DNA of 63,339 bases, counting the filler, from Saprolegnia diclina VS20 (Eukaryota), in NCBI RefSeq assembly GCF_000281045.1. It is 5 parts of 2 records of this genome, joined end to end, with 100 filler letters (N's around TTAATTAATTAA, not from the genome) between each part and the next. Parts side by side here need not be neighbours in the genome. Positions count along the whole stretch, not along the records: positions 46,149 to 61,313 come from NW_008246098.1; 4 more parts are not named here. The stretch is one strand, 5' to 3'. Of the stretch, positions 48,292-59,994 are shown piece by piece. The notes under the pieces were generated by a model. That model saw only the letters and a program-made list of their open reading frames with translations, was not told where the DNA came from and did not search any database. Position numbers and translations under genes: made by a program. Each line of letters begins with the position of its first letter. Positions within the stretch are counted from its first letter, which is position 1.

Positions 48292-48945
48292 TTACATGGC
48301 CGCAACAGCAACGGTGGCGAGCGCCACGAGGCCCGTCGTAAGGCCAGCGGCACTGGACGTGGGCTTGGGCGTCGGCGCCTTGGTCGTCGTCCCCGCCGAG
48401 CTACCCGTCGACGACGACACGGACGTGGGCTTGGTCGTCGCGGCGCCAGGCACCGACGTCGTCGTGTTGCCACCAGGCGCGACAGTCGTCGAGTTGGCAG
48501 CCGCGATCGTCGCCTTGAGGGCGTCCGTGTACTGCTGGATCGTGAACGTCGCCCAGTCGGCGGTCGTCGTCGTCGCCGTCATGGCGCACGGTGGCTTGAC
48601 GGACGCAAACGACTTTTGCGAAAACACATAGTACGCGGCGCAGTTGGTCGACGTGGCGTACTTTTCAATCTGCGCCGGCGTCACATTCGTGAGCGTCTCG
48701 AGCACCTCGGCCGACGCGAGACCGAGGTCCGTCGCGCACTTGTCACCGCTCGCCTTGGCGTCGGCCTTGACCGCCTTCCACGCCGCATTGATCGTCTCAG
48801 CCGAGCATGCAGCAACACCGCCCGCGGGCGCGGTCGTCGGCGTAGTCGGCGTCACACCACCCGTGGGCGCGGTCGTCGGCGCGGTCGTTGTCGTGGCGGC
48901 CATCGCGCTCGACGCAAGAAGCAGCATCGTCGTCGTCGTCTTCAT
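48292..48945 (-). CDS. Elicitin-like protein (4 Cys), Thr-rich, predicted GPI anchor
   Basis: Signal; ACS..KCATDLG..TPAQIEKYATSTNC..PPC pattern; S/T-rich tail; hydrophobic C-term SSAAGLTTGLVALATVAVAAM. Confidence 0.8.
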   Translation of the reverse strand: MKTTTTMLLLASSAMAATTTTAPTTAPTGGVTPTTPTTAPAGGVAACSAETINAAWKAVKADAKASGDKCATDLGLASAEVLETLTNVTPAQIEKYATSTNCAAYYVFSQKSFASVKPPCAMTATTTTADWATFTIQQYTDALKATIAAANSTTVAPGGNTTTSVPGAATTKPTSVSSSTGSSAGTTTKAPTPKPTSSAAGLTTGLVALATVAVAAM

Positions 48946-49555
48946 GGCTGGGGGTGGTGGTGTGAGCTGCGATAAAAGGAATCTGACGTCAGCACACATC
49001 GCACACCATGCCATGGCAGAGATGCGGGGCAAGCTTCGGCCGCACCAGCTGGTCCCAGGCTGCGACATGACGAACCAAGCACGATCGAACGCCTTGCATC
49101 GACGCGCACCGACGCACAGCGGACACGATTGAAGGTATTGTCGAAGCTTGCACTGTACTTTCACAAGAAACACTCGGCTTTGGCAGCGTAAGAGCACGAC
49201 GCACGCGCATCGAGGACGTGTAACGCTGACGGCCCATCCTCCGCGTTGCAAGCGAGTGTACGGTGCGTCACTGCCTCCACGGTCCTCCCAACCTATCAAC
49301 CTTCGACGCCACCCTGGCCGTCGACTCGCTTTTTGAGATGGCGCATGCCCTTGGCAATGAAGCATGCCCTTGGCAAGGAACATGGCTTGGTCCAGCGGCT
49401 TGGGCAAGAGGTATCCGACCGCCTTGGTCTAGCTCGGTGCAACCACCTCTCGTGGTACCACCGCCCAGCTCCACCATATTGTCCACCATACCAGTGCAAG
49501 GCAACTAGAGTCACAACTAGAGTAGACATAATTGTGCACACAAGGCCAATGACGC

Positions 49556-52500
49556 CTACAAGACCACGTAGCTGTCGCGGCCTTGGCGGCTCGACTCGGG
49601 CGCGCCGCTCTTGGCCCGGTTGCGCAACACCGACCCGTTCCCGCCCTGCGACGAGAGGTTGGTGCCGTTCCGACGCGTCAAGAACGACCGCTCCTCAACC
49701 TACAATCCGATCTCAGCCGCCGTTCGTCAGGATATCTGCGCACCGAACGCTGGGCCAGCGTCATGTTGAACTCTTCCAGCGCACGGTGTGTATCCAGAAT
49801 GTGACTCGCGTCGTCGGCAAACTGGTTGTTGACGTTGAACGAGCCGCGCGTCGGGGGCTTGCGCGTCGACAGCTCGTCCGCGCCTTCGTCCATCTTGCGC
49901 ACCATCTCGGCAAACAGCGACGCGGGCTTGTGCATGAGCTATCATCACAACCACGTTCGCCGTGCCATCGTACGACAAGGAATCCACCTCGTTGTATGTG
50001 CCCACGTCCACGAGCTTGCCCGCGTCCATGACGAGGATCGCGTCCGCATTGCGCGTCGTTGTCAGTCGGTGCGTCACCGAAATGATCTACACACGACATG
50101 CGGTCGCCACTCACGCTTCTCTTCTCTTACCGTCATCTGGAGCTTCTTGGCCAGCACTTCGAGCGTCGCCACGACGCTGGCCTCCGTTTCTTGATCCAGC
50201 GCACTCGTGGCTTCGTCCAAGAGCAAAATGCTACACAAAATCGACAATAAATCCCACAAAATACGACGCTCGATCCGTGTACCTCGGCTGCCGCACGAGC
50301 GCGCGCGCGAGGCAAATGCGCTGCGACTGGCCGCCACTGAGGTTGACGACCGCATGCTGCCCAACAATCGTGTCGTAGCCGTCCTTGAGCGACTTGACAA
50401 AGTCATGGCACTCGGCCAACTTGGCAGCTTCCAAACACTCTTCGCGCGACGCGGTCGGGTTGCCATACCGAATGTTCTCCATGATGGTCCCGTTCAAGAT
50501 GCCACCGTCCTGGAAGACAACCGCCATCTGCTGGCTCAAGCTCGTCTTCGAGTAGCCGCTCGTATCGACATTGTCGACACAAATGGCGCCGGCGCTCGGC
50601 GCATAAAAGTTCATCAAGCAGCCGAGCAGCGTGCTCTTGCCGCAGCCACTCGGGCCCACAATGCATGCATAGTCGCCCTACAATCACGTCCATTGAGCCC
50701 TAGCCCCTTTTCAACATTTTAAAATTGAAACATTGAAACAAAAAAACACACAAAAATCGAAGAAAATCAAACAAAAAACAAACAAAAAAACACGACGACG
50801 ACATACCTTTTGGAAGACAGCGTTGATGTCGTCGAGCGTCCAGGTCTCGGCGTGCTCGTCGTACTTGAAGCACAGGTGCTGCACGGAAAACGCGTGCTGC
50901 ATGCGGGGCACGGCCGGCCGTTTCTTGTCCTCCTTCTCGAGCTTGTCAAAGTCGTCGGCCGCGCCGTAGATAATCTCATCGATGCGCTGGAGACTCGACG
51001 CATTGCCAATGGCCACGCGCATAAAGCCGCCGAGCACCGTCACCGGCGACGAGATGCGGCTGAGCAGCGTCGTGCACGAAAAGAAGTCACCCGACGTAAT
51101 GTCGCCGCGAAACACCTTCATGACAAGGCACGCCGTCATGACTTGGACAAAGATAAACATGGCCGACTCAATGTAAATCTGGACCACGCCGCTCCAAAAA
51201 TCCTTCGAGAATTGGGCCTTGCGCAGCCCGCCAATGCTCGTGCCAAAGCGCTTGAGCAGCGGGTCCTGGATGCCATACGATCGCACGACCTTTTGACAGG
51301 CGACCGCGTTTTGAAACTCAGCCGCCACGTATGCATTCTTGGAGCCAAACGTCTGCGACTGTTTGCCTACGGGGAGAGCCACGGTTGACATTGTTCACGT
51401 CAAAAAATGAAAATGAAAAAAATGAAAAAAATGAGCAAAAAAAATGAAAAAAAATGAATAGAAAATGCAAAAAGAGACGTACCGGCGAGGCCTTGGGGAC
51501 CCGACGTGACGACGACGGCCGCAAATGCAAACGACATCAAGCCCACGATCGGCTCCGAGTACATGAGGTAGGCAAAGCCAATGACAATGGCCACGATCGG
51601 GTTCATGAGGTTCTACGCCGCATTGATACATTGATATACACAAACAAAAAATACCCAAAACACAGCTTGCCACATGGCGTTGACGCGCGCCACGTCCGAC
51701 TGAAAGAGGTTGTTGAGGTCGCCGTCCGACCGGTCGGCAAAGAACCCCGTGTGCTGGCGCAAAATCACATTCAACAGGCTGTTTTGCATTTGCTGCGTCG
51801 CTTTTGCAATCATTTTCGACTGGAAATAGCCTAGTCGCCGAATGAAACATTGAAACATTGAAACAAAAATACCCATCGCATAGTCGGCCATCGTGAACGG
51901 AACGCTGATCGCCATGACGCCAAGGACACCGACCATGAGCTCGTGTGGCGGCAGAAACGGCAGCTCGACGCGCTGGCCATTGTCGTCCGACGTCTCGTTC
52001 TTCCACTTGAACTCCGTGTGCACCGAGAGACCGGTCGCCATGCCAAAGTCATCAAAGTTGTTGAGCGCATACGTCCACGTCGACTTAGGAAACGCCTTGT
52101 CCGTGAGAATTTGTAGAAAAAAAGCCAGCAGCGGCGTGATCGAAGCGGCGACCAAGACGACCATGGTCGTGCAAAACAAGTCCCACTTTTGCGTCGACCT
52201 AATTGCAACGTAAACGACAATATGTCGACAAAAACGACACCAAATACCAGTGGCCAAACGTCGACTTGATCACGTCCCATGCGCCGTACGCGTTGGTGAC
52301 CGACGTCGCGTCAATGTCCCGCAAAAACGCCAAAAATTCATTTGCGCGAATGTTCTTCGGGCGGTACAAGAGCGCACGTTCGAGGAAGCGCATGAGCTCT
52401 TCGCGCGTCATCTCGCCAGAGTCGCGGCCGCAAATGATGAGCAGGTCCGTCTCCATGGTCTCGACCGCCACCTACTCGTCGACGCGGTCACGTCACCCTG

Positions 52501-53299
52501 AAAATTGCAGGCGTGGGCCTACCGCGGTGACGCCAGGAATGCGGCGGAGCGACGCACGAAGCGACTCCATCGAGATGCGAATGTGGTCGTGGTGCGCATA
52601 GTTGTGCAGCTTCTTGGAGAAGGTACGGGCGCGGGGCTTGAGGATGATGCGCGCGGCGGCGAGGACCACGTAGACCGCGTCAATGTACAGTTCAATCTGG
52701 TTCGAGCGGTACTTGTGGTTCGTCTTGTACGACGTGGTCCAGCCGTCTTCGTACACCTTGAGCTTGTTCAGGTTGTCGCCAAACACAAAGCTACAAGAAC
52801 ACATGGTACCGCGTCGATGCGCCATGGCCTACCGGCATGCGAGCGCGCCGCCCAGCAAAAGAAGCGCGAGCAAGTCGCCAATGCTAGCAGCCGACCGGAA
52901 GAGCGCCGAGCGCAGCGCAACAAGCCGCAAGAGCATGTCGACCACGTACACGGCCATGCAGCCCGACGACCCGAGCCGCGTCTGGGGTGCATAGTTGACA
53001 AAGTTGCGCGTCGACGTAAACGAGACGGCAATCACATTGCCGAAGAAGTCGAGCGCAAGCAGCGCCATGAAGAAGTAGTGCCACGGCCGCGAGTCGATGA
53101 AGCGGAGGCAGCCGAGCCGCGACTTTTGCGGCGGAATCTTGGGCTGCGCGCCGTTGCGCGCGCGCGGGACATCGTCGACCATGGTGGCAAAGTCATGCGT
53201 ATGGGGCGTCGCCGCAGCGTCGGCCATGGACGACGTCATGCGGGCGGGGCGGCGCGGTGGAGCCATCGTCGTCGTACCAACTGGAATCCGCTCTGGCAC
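49556..53299 (-). CDS. ABCB-type half ABC transporter with N-terminal voltage-sensor-like domain and EF-hand-like pair (copy 3, most divergent)
   Basis: WHYFFMALLALDF / VYVVDMLLR / SIGDLLALL / AARIILKPRAR; CGRDSGEMTREELMRFL; GPSGCGKST, LSGGQ, ILLLDEATSALD, SVTHR; predicted end RDSYVVL*; start could instead be the ATG at 53266. Confidence 0.9.
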
Positions 53300-54531
53300 C
53301 GTTATGCGATGGAAATATGGCTGCCGGATACACCTCTCCTATCCGGATCTCGAGGGAAACAAACCGTGCGAGACACAATATAAAGACTACTCCACTCTAT
53401 TTGTTTTTTCATATTTTCGAAATACATTTACAGTTTGGGTGCAACCATGCAAAATATTGCAGCATTCTCAAATTATAATCGATAGTACCCTTGCAAAGTT
53501 TGCAAAGCGTTAAGATTCGACCAAGCCGCCTGGTCTGGACTCTTGCAATTTGTATAGACGCCGATGGGTCGAGACCGGCTTTCTGCAAAGATCCACCTTC
53601 CACTGCTCCTTCCATGCGCCCCGTACTCGCTACTTCGAGTATATTTGTCGTAGTAGCCGCGAGTTCAGTCGGACCTCCTACTACCAGCGCAGTCGACACG
53701 GAGAAGGACGAGGCCCTCTCCTGCCAGCATGACTTGAAGAAACGGCCAATGCGCATGGCCAGCTGGCGTAGAAGCACGTCTTGGCGCCAAATTCACGAGA
53801 TGCCATCATGTCCGTATCGATTGCCAGCGCGTTGCATATATGCATGGTGCTAAGTTCGGAGGAGGTGCAGACGTTCATAACTAGTTGGCTCTTCTTGGTC
53901 GATACGAATACACACTTGCCACTCGACACCAACTTGAGCCATCAACATGACCATGATCTTTGAAACATCAGACCTGGTTCAACGACTGTTGTGTCTGGTT
54001 TGGTCAAGCCATGCTCGGCCAATGCAAGCGCGGAGAGTTATGACTCCAGGAAGCGAGTAGCCTAGAGTCTGGGTAGCTTGTGTGCGTGGTGTAGATAGAA
54101 TAGTGCTTAGTGCCATATACGGATGATGGCCGGTAGCGACCTTATACGGTAGTGACCCCTCATAGAGCCTCGTAGTCTCATCCGTCTATCGTTCTGTCCC
54201 CAATGTTGGCCTCCATAGTCTCAGTTCACAATCTACCTTCGTGGCATAACACTATACAACTGCCTGCGTCCTGGTCTCCCCTCGCTCCGTTGCTTGCGTT
54301 GCACAGCGGAAGCCACCACACGACCGACGCCGTGCTGTGCTGTTGTTGACATGATGGACGGCCTATTGCGCTCATGAGAAACGAGGAGGTACAATGGTCG
54401 TGGCTCGGACCTGTGCGAGGAACCTCGAAGCGCACAGTAAGGGTCAGCGAAGAGCGTTGAACGCAGTGAGGCGTTCATGGATCTGGCAAGAACCGCTTTG
54501 ATGGTCCCGATGCCAACGCCACTCGGAAAGC

Positions 54532-54625
54532 AAAAAAGGGGCAGCACCTCGGGGCTCGAACCGCGCACCTCCTGCACGGGAAGCGGGACTCCACCGTCAC
54601 GACAAAAGGCGGTCGACTACGGATG
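54532..54625 (-). pseudogene. Degenerate tRNA-like / Pol III relic
   Basis: B-box GGTTCGAGCCC, imperfect anticodon-like arm with CCC, and T6 run downstream; acceptor and T stems do not pair well. Confidence 0.25.
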
Positions 54626-55025
54626 TGGCATCCACATTCTTGAGAGATGCAGCGTCGTGCAGCTATGGCGCGTGCATGGTGTCGGCGTCGAGGCGGCCGT
54701 CTCACAGTCCGTCTCGGTGTGTTGCCTGCTCGTGCTCTTTGCAAAAGCACAGTATCGTCATGAATCGTCCGCGCTCCAGCTTTGGCGTCGTGATCGGTCC
54801 CTCTTTTGTGGGTTCGTGCGGTATGAACGGTGGCGTCGGTTCGATCGATCGACGCATTTGCGATTCGAGAAGCAACTCCTTTTGCCAACTGAGGAGGTAC
54901 TCGTATGGTGATTCGAATGCTACAGGCGCGGATCGAGTCGAAGATGCCAACGACAATACTCGACTTCATCAACAAGTAATAGTAGTTGAATCAAAGATAT
55001 ATAGTTGAGTCAAAGATGTAGTAGT

Positions 55026-55478
55026 CTAGTAAAAGATGTGGGGCACGGCGGCGTGGGTCGCGTTGGCCGTCACATTACTGGGGGTCGGGCTCGGCGTCGA
55101 CGGCGCCGTGCTCGGCGTCGACGGCGCCGTGCTCGCAACAAGGTCGGCGGCAAACTGCTCGAACGTCATGGCCGCATATTGCGCGCTGCTCATGCCGGTC
55201 GTCGTATCGTAAATGCAGTCGTCGATGCTCTTGACACCGTTGGAGAGAAGCGTCCAAAACTGCGCGCAGTTGACGCTTGATGCAACCTGAAGCGCTTGCT
55301 CGTGCGTCCAGACGTTCATGAGGAGGTTGTCGTTGCCGGTATCGCGGCCGCATGCATCAGCCTCCAAGCTCGTCATGGCGTCCATGATGGCCATACCCAC
55401 GTCTTGGCCCGCGCACGGCTCGAGCGCGGCGGTCGTCGCCGCCATCGCAGCCATGAAAACAAGTGCAGCGCGCGCCAT
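55026..55478 (-). CDS. Secreted elicitin-like protein (4 Cys), no evident GPI signal
   Basis: Signal MARAALVFMAAMAATTAA; PC..ACGRDTG..WTHEQ..ASSVNC..DDC; STAPSTP tail. Confidence 0.8.
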   Translation of the reverse strand: MARAALVFMAAMAATTAALEPCAGQDVGMAIMDAMTSLEADACGRDTGNDNLLMNVWTHEQALQVASSVNCAQFWTLLSNGVKSIDDCIYDTTTGMSSAQYAAMTFEQFAADLVASTAPSTPSTAPSTPSPTPSNVTANATHAAVPHIFY

Positions 55479-56585
55479 GAGTCTTGGACAAACGAGGAAA
55501 ATTCAAAAATGACTAGAGGCGCCGCGCGAGTGGATGGACATTACGCACGAAGCCGTGGTATAAACCTGCGTCAAAGTGGCGTGCGGCGTACGGCTTATCG
55601 AACGCTGATGGACCCACTCGTAATATCTATGAATCTCTGTGAAGACGCGAAGAGATCCTTGCCGTCCACAGCATTGATCTTGCAGCCAGGCGGCATTGTG
55701 GCTGAAACCACGCACTCGACACCGATTGGTGGAAAAGAAGCCAATCCTGATGCGTTCCGGAGCAGAAAGCCCGCTGATTCGCTCATACGCGGCCAATCCG
55801 TGACGAGATGGACCCTTTTTGAACTTGGGGCGATGCAACCCATGCTCCGTTGGATTGAAGCGGCAAGAGGTGCTACACACTGCAAGGTACAGTGGGAGCG
55901 AGAGCGATGCCAGAAGAACCATGGCAGTGGCGACAACCGGCGGATAATGATGATGCGATACGAGTGTGATGCTACGAGTTGTTGCAGTGTACTAGTATCA
56001 AGCAGAATGCGCGGCCATGTTGCACGGCAAAGTCCCTGCGTCTCGATGGGACGAGTGTTTTGTCGTATATAGTCGTGTTTGGACAAGTCGTCGTGTATCC
56101 AGTCCAACCGGATACTTCAGGCGAGACTCAAGAGGATTCCTATTGCGAGCTTTCGCATCTACAGTGTACCAATATGATCGTGGATATCGAACTCCATGTC
56201 GCGGGGCGAAAATGGATTAAAGTGCATCCCACACTGGTGCACCCGCACGAGCATTGCATGGCTGGATCTATCTTCCTATTTGGCCTTTCTACTGCCGCGC
56301 AACATGGGCGATCGAACGATGCAAGGTCTCGGGGTATCTCTCCTACTGGCTGCCGCCGATGAGGGATTCCGACAGTGGTGTATGTTTTCTTCGCAGGAAG
56401 TTGGTCCGATTCTCTGGTGTTTTCAACGGATTTTGTTCCGTTTGGTGTCGGCAGTAGCCGGAAGGCAGGGCCGATCGCAGCCGAGCTTGGCACGAGACGT
56501 CACTGCAAAGTTGCGTGCTCCAGAGATAGACACACTTGTGTGTGTCTGTTTTCATTTAATTAGGCGGCACGGTCGCTGCACGCAT

Positions 56586-57230
56586 CTACAGGTACATGGC
56601 CGCGGCCACAGCAAGGACGGTTGTCGTGAGCATTGCCGAGGTGGCTGCCGAAGGTGCAGTCGTCGGTGCAGTCGTCGGCGCAGTTGTTTGCTTGGACGTG
56701 GCATCTACAACCGGCACCGTCGAGGTCGTGTTGCCGCCTGTTGTTGCCGTCGTTGGGGTCGCCGTGCTGTTGGATGACGTCGCGATTACAGCGGCGGTGG
56801 TGGTCGGAGCGGACGTCGTCGTCGTCATCGGGACCTTGGTCGACGGCGCGGGAGCTTGCGTGGCCGGCGCGGTCGTCGCCGGGAGGGCGCCAGTACTCTT
56901 GACAATGTCGTTGGCAAACTCGGCAAACGACTGGGCCGCGTACTTCAAATTGGTCGTGCCTGCCGCATAGGTGCATTCGGGGATCATCTTGAGGTTGGCC
57001 GCCATCTCGGCCCACATCTTGGCGCAGTGGTCGCTACTTAGGATTTTCGTGGCTTGCGCATGCGTCCAGACGCTGCCGATAAGGTTCGTGTTGCCCGTGT
57101 CCTTGGCGCAGCCCTCGGCGTCGAGGCTCGTAAGCGGGCCCATGAGGGCCATGCCCACGTCTTCGCCAGCGCACGGCGCGACGGCCGTCACCGTCGAGAC
57201 AAACAGGGCAAGAAGAAGGCTGCGCAACAT
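56586..57230 (-). CDS. Elicitin-like protein (4 Cys), Thr-rich, predicted GPI anchor
   Basis: MLRSLLLALFVSTVTA signal; PC..GCAKDTG..WTHAQ..LSSDHC..PEC; C-term SAATSAMLTTTVLAVAAAMYL. Confidence 0.82.
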   Translation of the reverse strand: MLRSLLLALFVSTVTAVAPCAGEDVGMALMGPLTSLDAEGCAKDTGNTNLIGSVWTHAQATKILSSDHCAKMWAEMAANLKMIPECTYAAGTTNLKYAAQSFAEFANDIVKSTGALPATTAPATQAPAPSTKVPMTTTTSAPTTTAAVIATSSNSTATPTTATTGGNTTSTVPVVDATSKQTTAPTTAPTTAPSAATSAMLTTTVLAVAAAMYL

Positions 57231-57928
57231 GGTGCTACTTGGGAAATGACCAGGTTTGCGTTCGCCCAGTTCGGCTGCTCGCGCCATTGCCAATGGGCGC
57301 TTCTGCGACATCGTTGCCAAACGGCAAAGTGGCGTTTTCAGCGTTAAAGTGTTTAACGCACGTTAAACGCCAAAGTGCAAAGATACGCATATCTTGATGT
57401 TTGTATGGGATACAAAAACCGTGTCCACTGTGCCAAATTGAACCGACGCACGCGTCAAGAGAGGTGGACTGCACATGCAAGGATCGTGGATGCTGTCCAC
57501 ATATGAAGCAGAGCACTGAATCATCATGTCACGCTGGACCAAGGGATATTCCCTTGCGCTGGGCAGCTGCGCTAGATTGTGACGTGATGAGTAGCAGTAC
57601 ACTTCTCTGTAGTCGATCAATATCAACCGAATCCAACGTGGTCGTGTTGCTTGCAAATGCAAACTACTAGTGTATACAACATGGTCGCACCGTCACGACA
57701 TTATTGTACACAAAAATTATATCGACAACAATAGGTTGAGTCAAGCATTTCGTGTTGCGCGTGCTGGCCTTCAGGTTGTCACCCACTGGTTGTCACCTGC
57801 TAGTCGTATGTTGCTCGAGCCAGGATCTCGTGGATGAAACCAACACTGTGGCTTTTGCAAGCTCTTTTGATACAGGAGACTCGCATACATCAACCCCTCT
57901 TGATTCCTTGTGTTAGCCGTAACATTGC

Positions 57929-59649
57929 CTAGGCCGACCGCCCACTGCCCTTGGCGTCTCGTGTCACTCTTGTATATTCCAAGTGCTCGATGAGCGCGAC
58001 GAACCGCCGCGGCGTAGCTTCCAGCGCGGGCACCACGTTGTACGCGATGGCGTCGATGAGCTGCAGCAGTGGCGCTTCGCCGTTTCGTATGACTCTCCGC
58101 GCCGCACTAATCGAGCACATCTTCCACCCGACGACCTCGTACAAATAGCGCACAACCTCGAGATGGCTACGCGCAACGGCTTCGTCGAACGCGGCGGCCG
58201 AGCAGCCCTCGCTTCGGTGCGTATGCAAGAACACCACGAGGTCGCAGTGGCCAAACGCTGCGGCTTCGTCCATGACGCGGCGTGTCCATCGACCAAGTCC
58301 TTGTTCGTGCAGATAGCGGACAACTTCCAAGTTGCCACCACGCGCCGCGCGCTCGGGCACGTCGTCAAGTACAGGCGTGTGCATGACGTCGTGCAGGTAC
58401 CGCACGATCTCGACATGGCCGCCCGCCGCCGCCCGCGCTACCGCATACGCCGTGGCGTTGGCACCGCAATGCTCGTGCAAGAAGATGATGACGGCCAAAT
58501 GCCCGTTTCCAGCAGCCCCGTCGATCGCAAGCTCCGTGCAGCCTTCGTTCCGGTGGGTCTGGAGGAACCGGACGACCGCCAAATGCCCGTTGGTTGCAGC
58601 CAAATCCATGGCCGTGCGGGAGCACGCAAAGTGTCCGGTAGTGTGCAACAACGTCACAAGATCAAGCCGGCCGAGTCGCGCACGTGTGTCCATGTACTCG
58701 TGCGACCAGATTTGCAGCGGATGCAATAGTTCAATCACGGCGTCGTGTCCGCCCGAGACGGCGGCGACCATCACGGACACTGGCAAGACGTTGGTGTCGC
58801 GGTACACTGCGAGCAGTTGGCGACAGCAAGCGAGGTGCCCATACTCGGCGGCCTGCTTGAGCGCCCTGATCGACGAGATGCCCGTTGCCAAAAGGTACGC
58901 GACGATGTGGCAGTGCCCGTGGCGCGCAGCTGCCGCGAGCGTGTGCTCGAGGCGCATGTTTGGGAACATTTCGTGAAGGAACTGGAGCATGTCGAGGCGA
59001 CCGGCAGCAGCCGGGTGGTCCAGAAGGTCGGGACTGCCGANNNNNNNNNNNNNNNNNNNNNNNNNNNNNNNNNNNNNNNNNNNNNNNNNNNNNNNNNNNN
59101 NNNNNNNNNNNNNNNNNNNNNNNNNNNNNNNNNNNNNNNNNNNNNNNNNNNNNNNNNNNNNNNNNNNNNNNNNNNNNNNNNNNNNNNNNNNNNNNNNNNN
59201 NNNNNNNNNNNNNNNNNNNNNNNNNNNNNNNNNNNNNNNNNNNNNNNNNNNNNNNNNNNNNNNNNNNNNNNNNNNNNNNNNNNNNNNNNNNNNNNNNNNN
59301 NNNNNNNNNNNNNNNNNNNNNNNNNNNNNNNNNNNNNNNNNNNNNNNNNNNNNNNNNNNNNNNNNNNNNNNNNNNNNNNNNNNNNNNNNNNNNNNNNNNN
59401 NNNNNNNNNNNNNNNNNNNNNNNNNNNNNNNNNNNNNNNNNNNNNNNNNNNNNNNNNNNNNNNNNNNNNNNNNNNNNNNNNNNNNNNNNNNNNNNNNNNN
59501 NNNNNNNNNNNNNNNNNNNNNNNNNNNNNNNNNNNNNNNNNNNNNAAGATGAGCGGGTCGTCGCGGAAGCCGAGGCTGTCGGGCCACCAGCCGTGCTGGT
59601 ACGCAGTGATAAGGCGAAAGAGACACGGGTCGCGGAGCGTCGCGTCCAT
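57929..59649 (-). CDS. Ankyrin-repeat protein (interrupted by N-gap 59041-59546)
   Basis: Start MDATLRDPCLFRLITAYQHG; repeats AMDLAATNGHLAVVRFL, HRNEGCT. Confidence 0.85.
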
Positions 59650-59994
59650 CGTGTTGGTCGGTCGTGGTCGTGATATGTTGCCGGGTTGTTGATGGGCGAT
59701 TTTGCAGTTGTATTTGATTGGCTGAATCTGAACCAATCACAAACGAGAAACGGGCTTTCGATGCCCGAATCTTTGCTCAAGATCGTCGAGTATGATGGGC
59801 CGTGATTCGGGGTTTGTAGTCTTCTTGCATCGCGCAAGGTAGTGGCTGCGTCTGATGGCGGCCCGTCCGCATTCATAATCCATGCCTCAATGACATGTCG
59901 CCGTTCTCGCTTCGATGATAAATGGTGTTTTGCAGAGGACGAGAATGCGACTTGTGTTCGTACTGACAGTGAGTTAAACGTTCTAACTTCCGTA

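Noticed and set aside
51395..51472. (A)nTG low-complexity repeat and the hydrophobic Phe-rich ORF translated from it
   Set aside because: Lies within a GT-AG intron of ABC copy 3; T-rich intronic slippage, not a TM segment.
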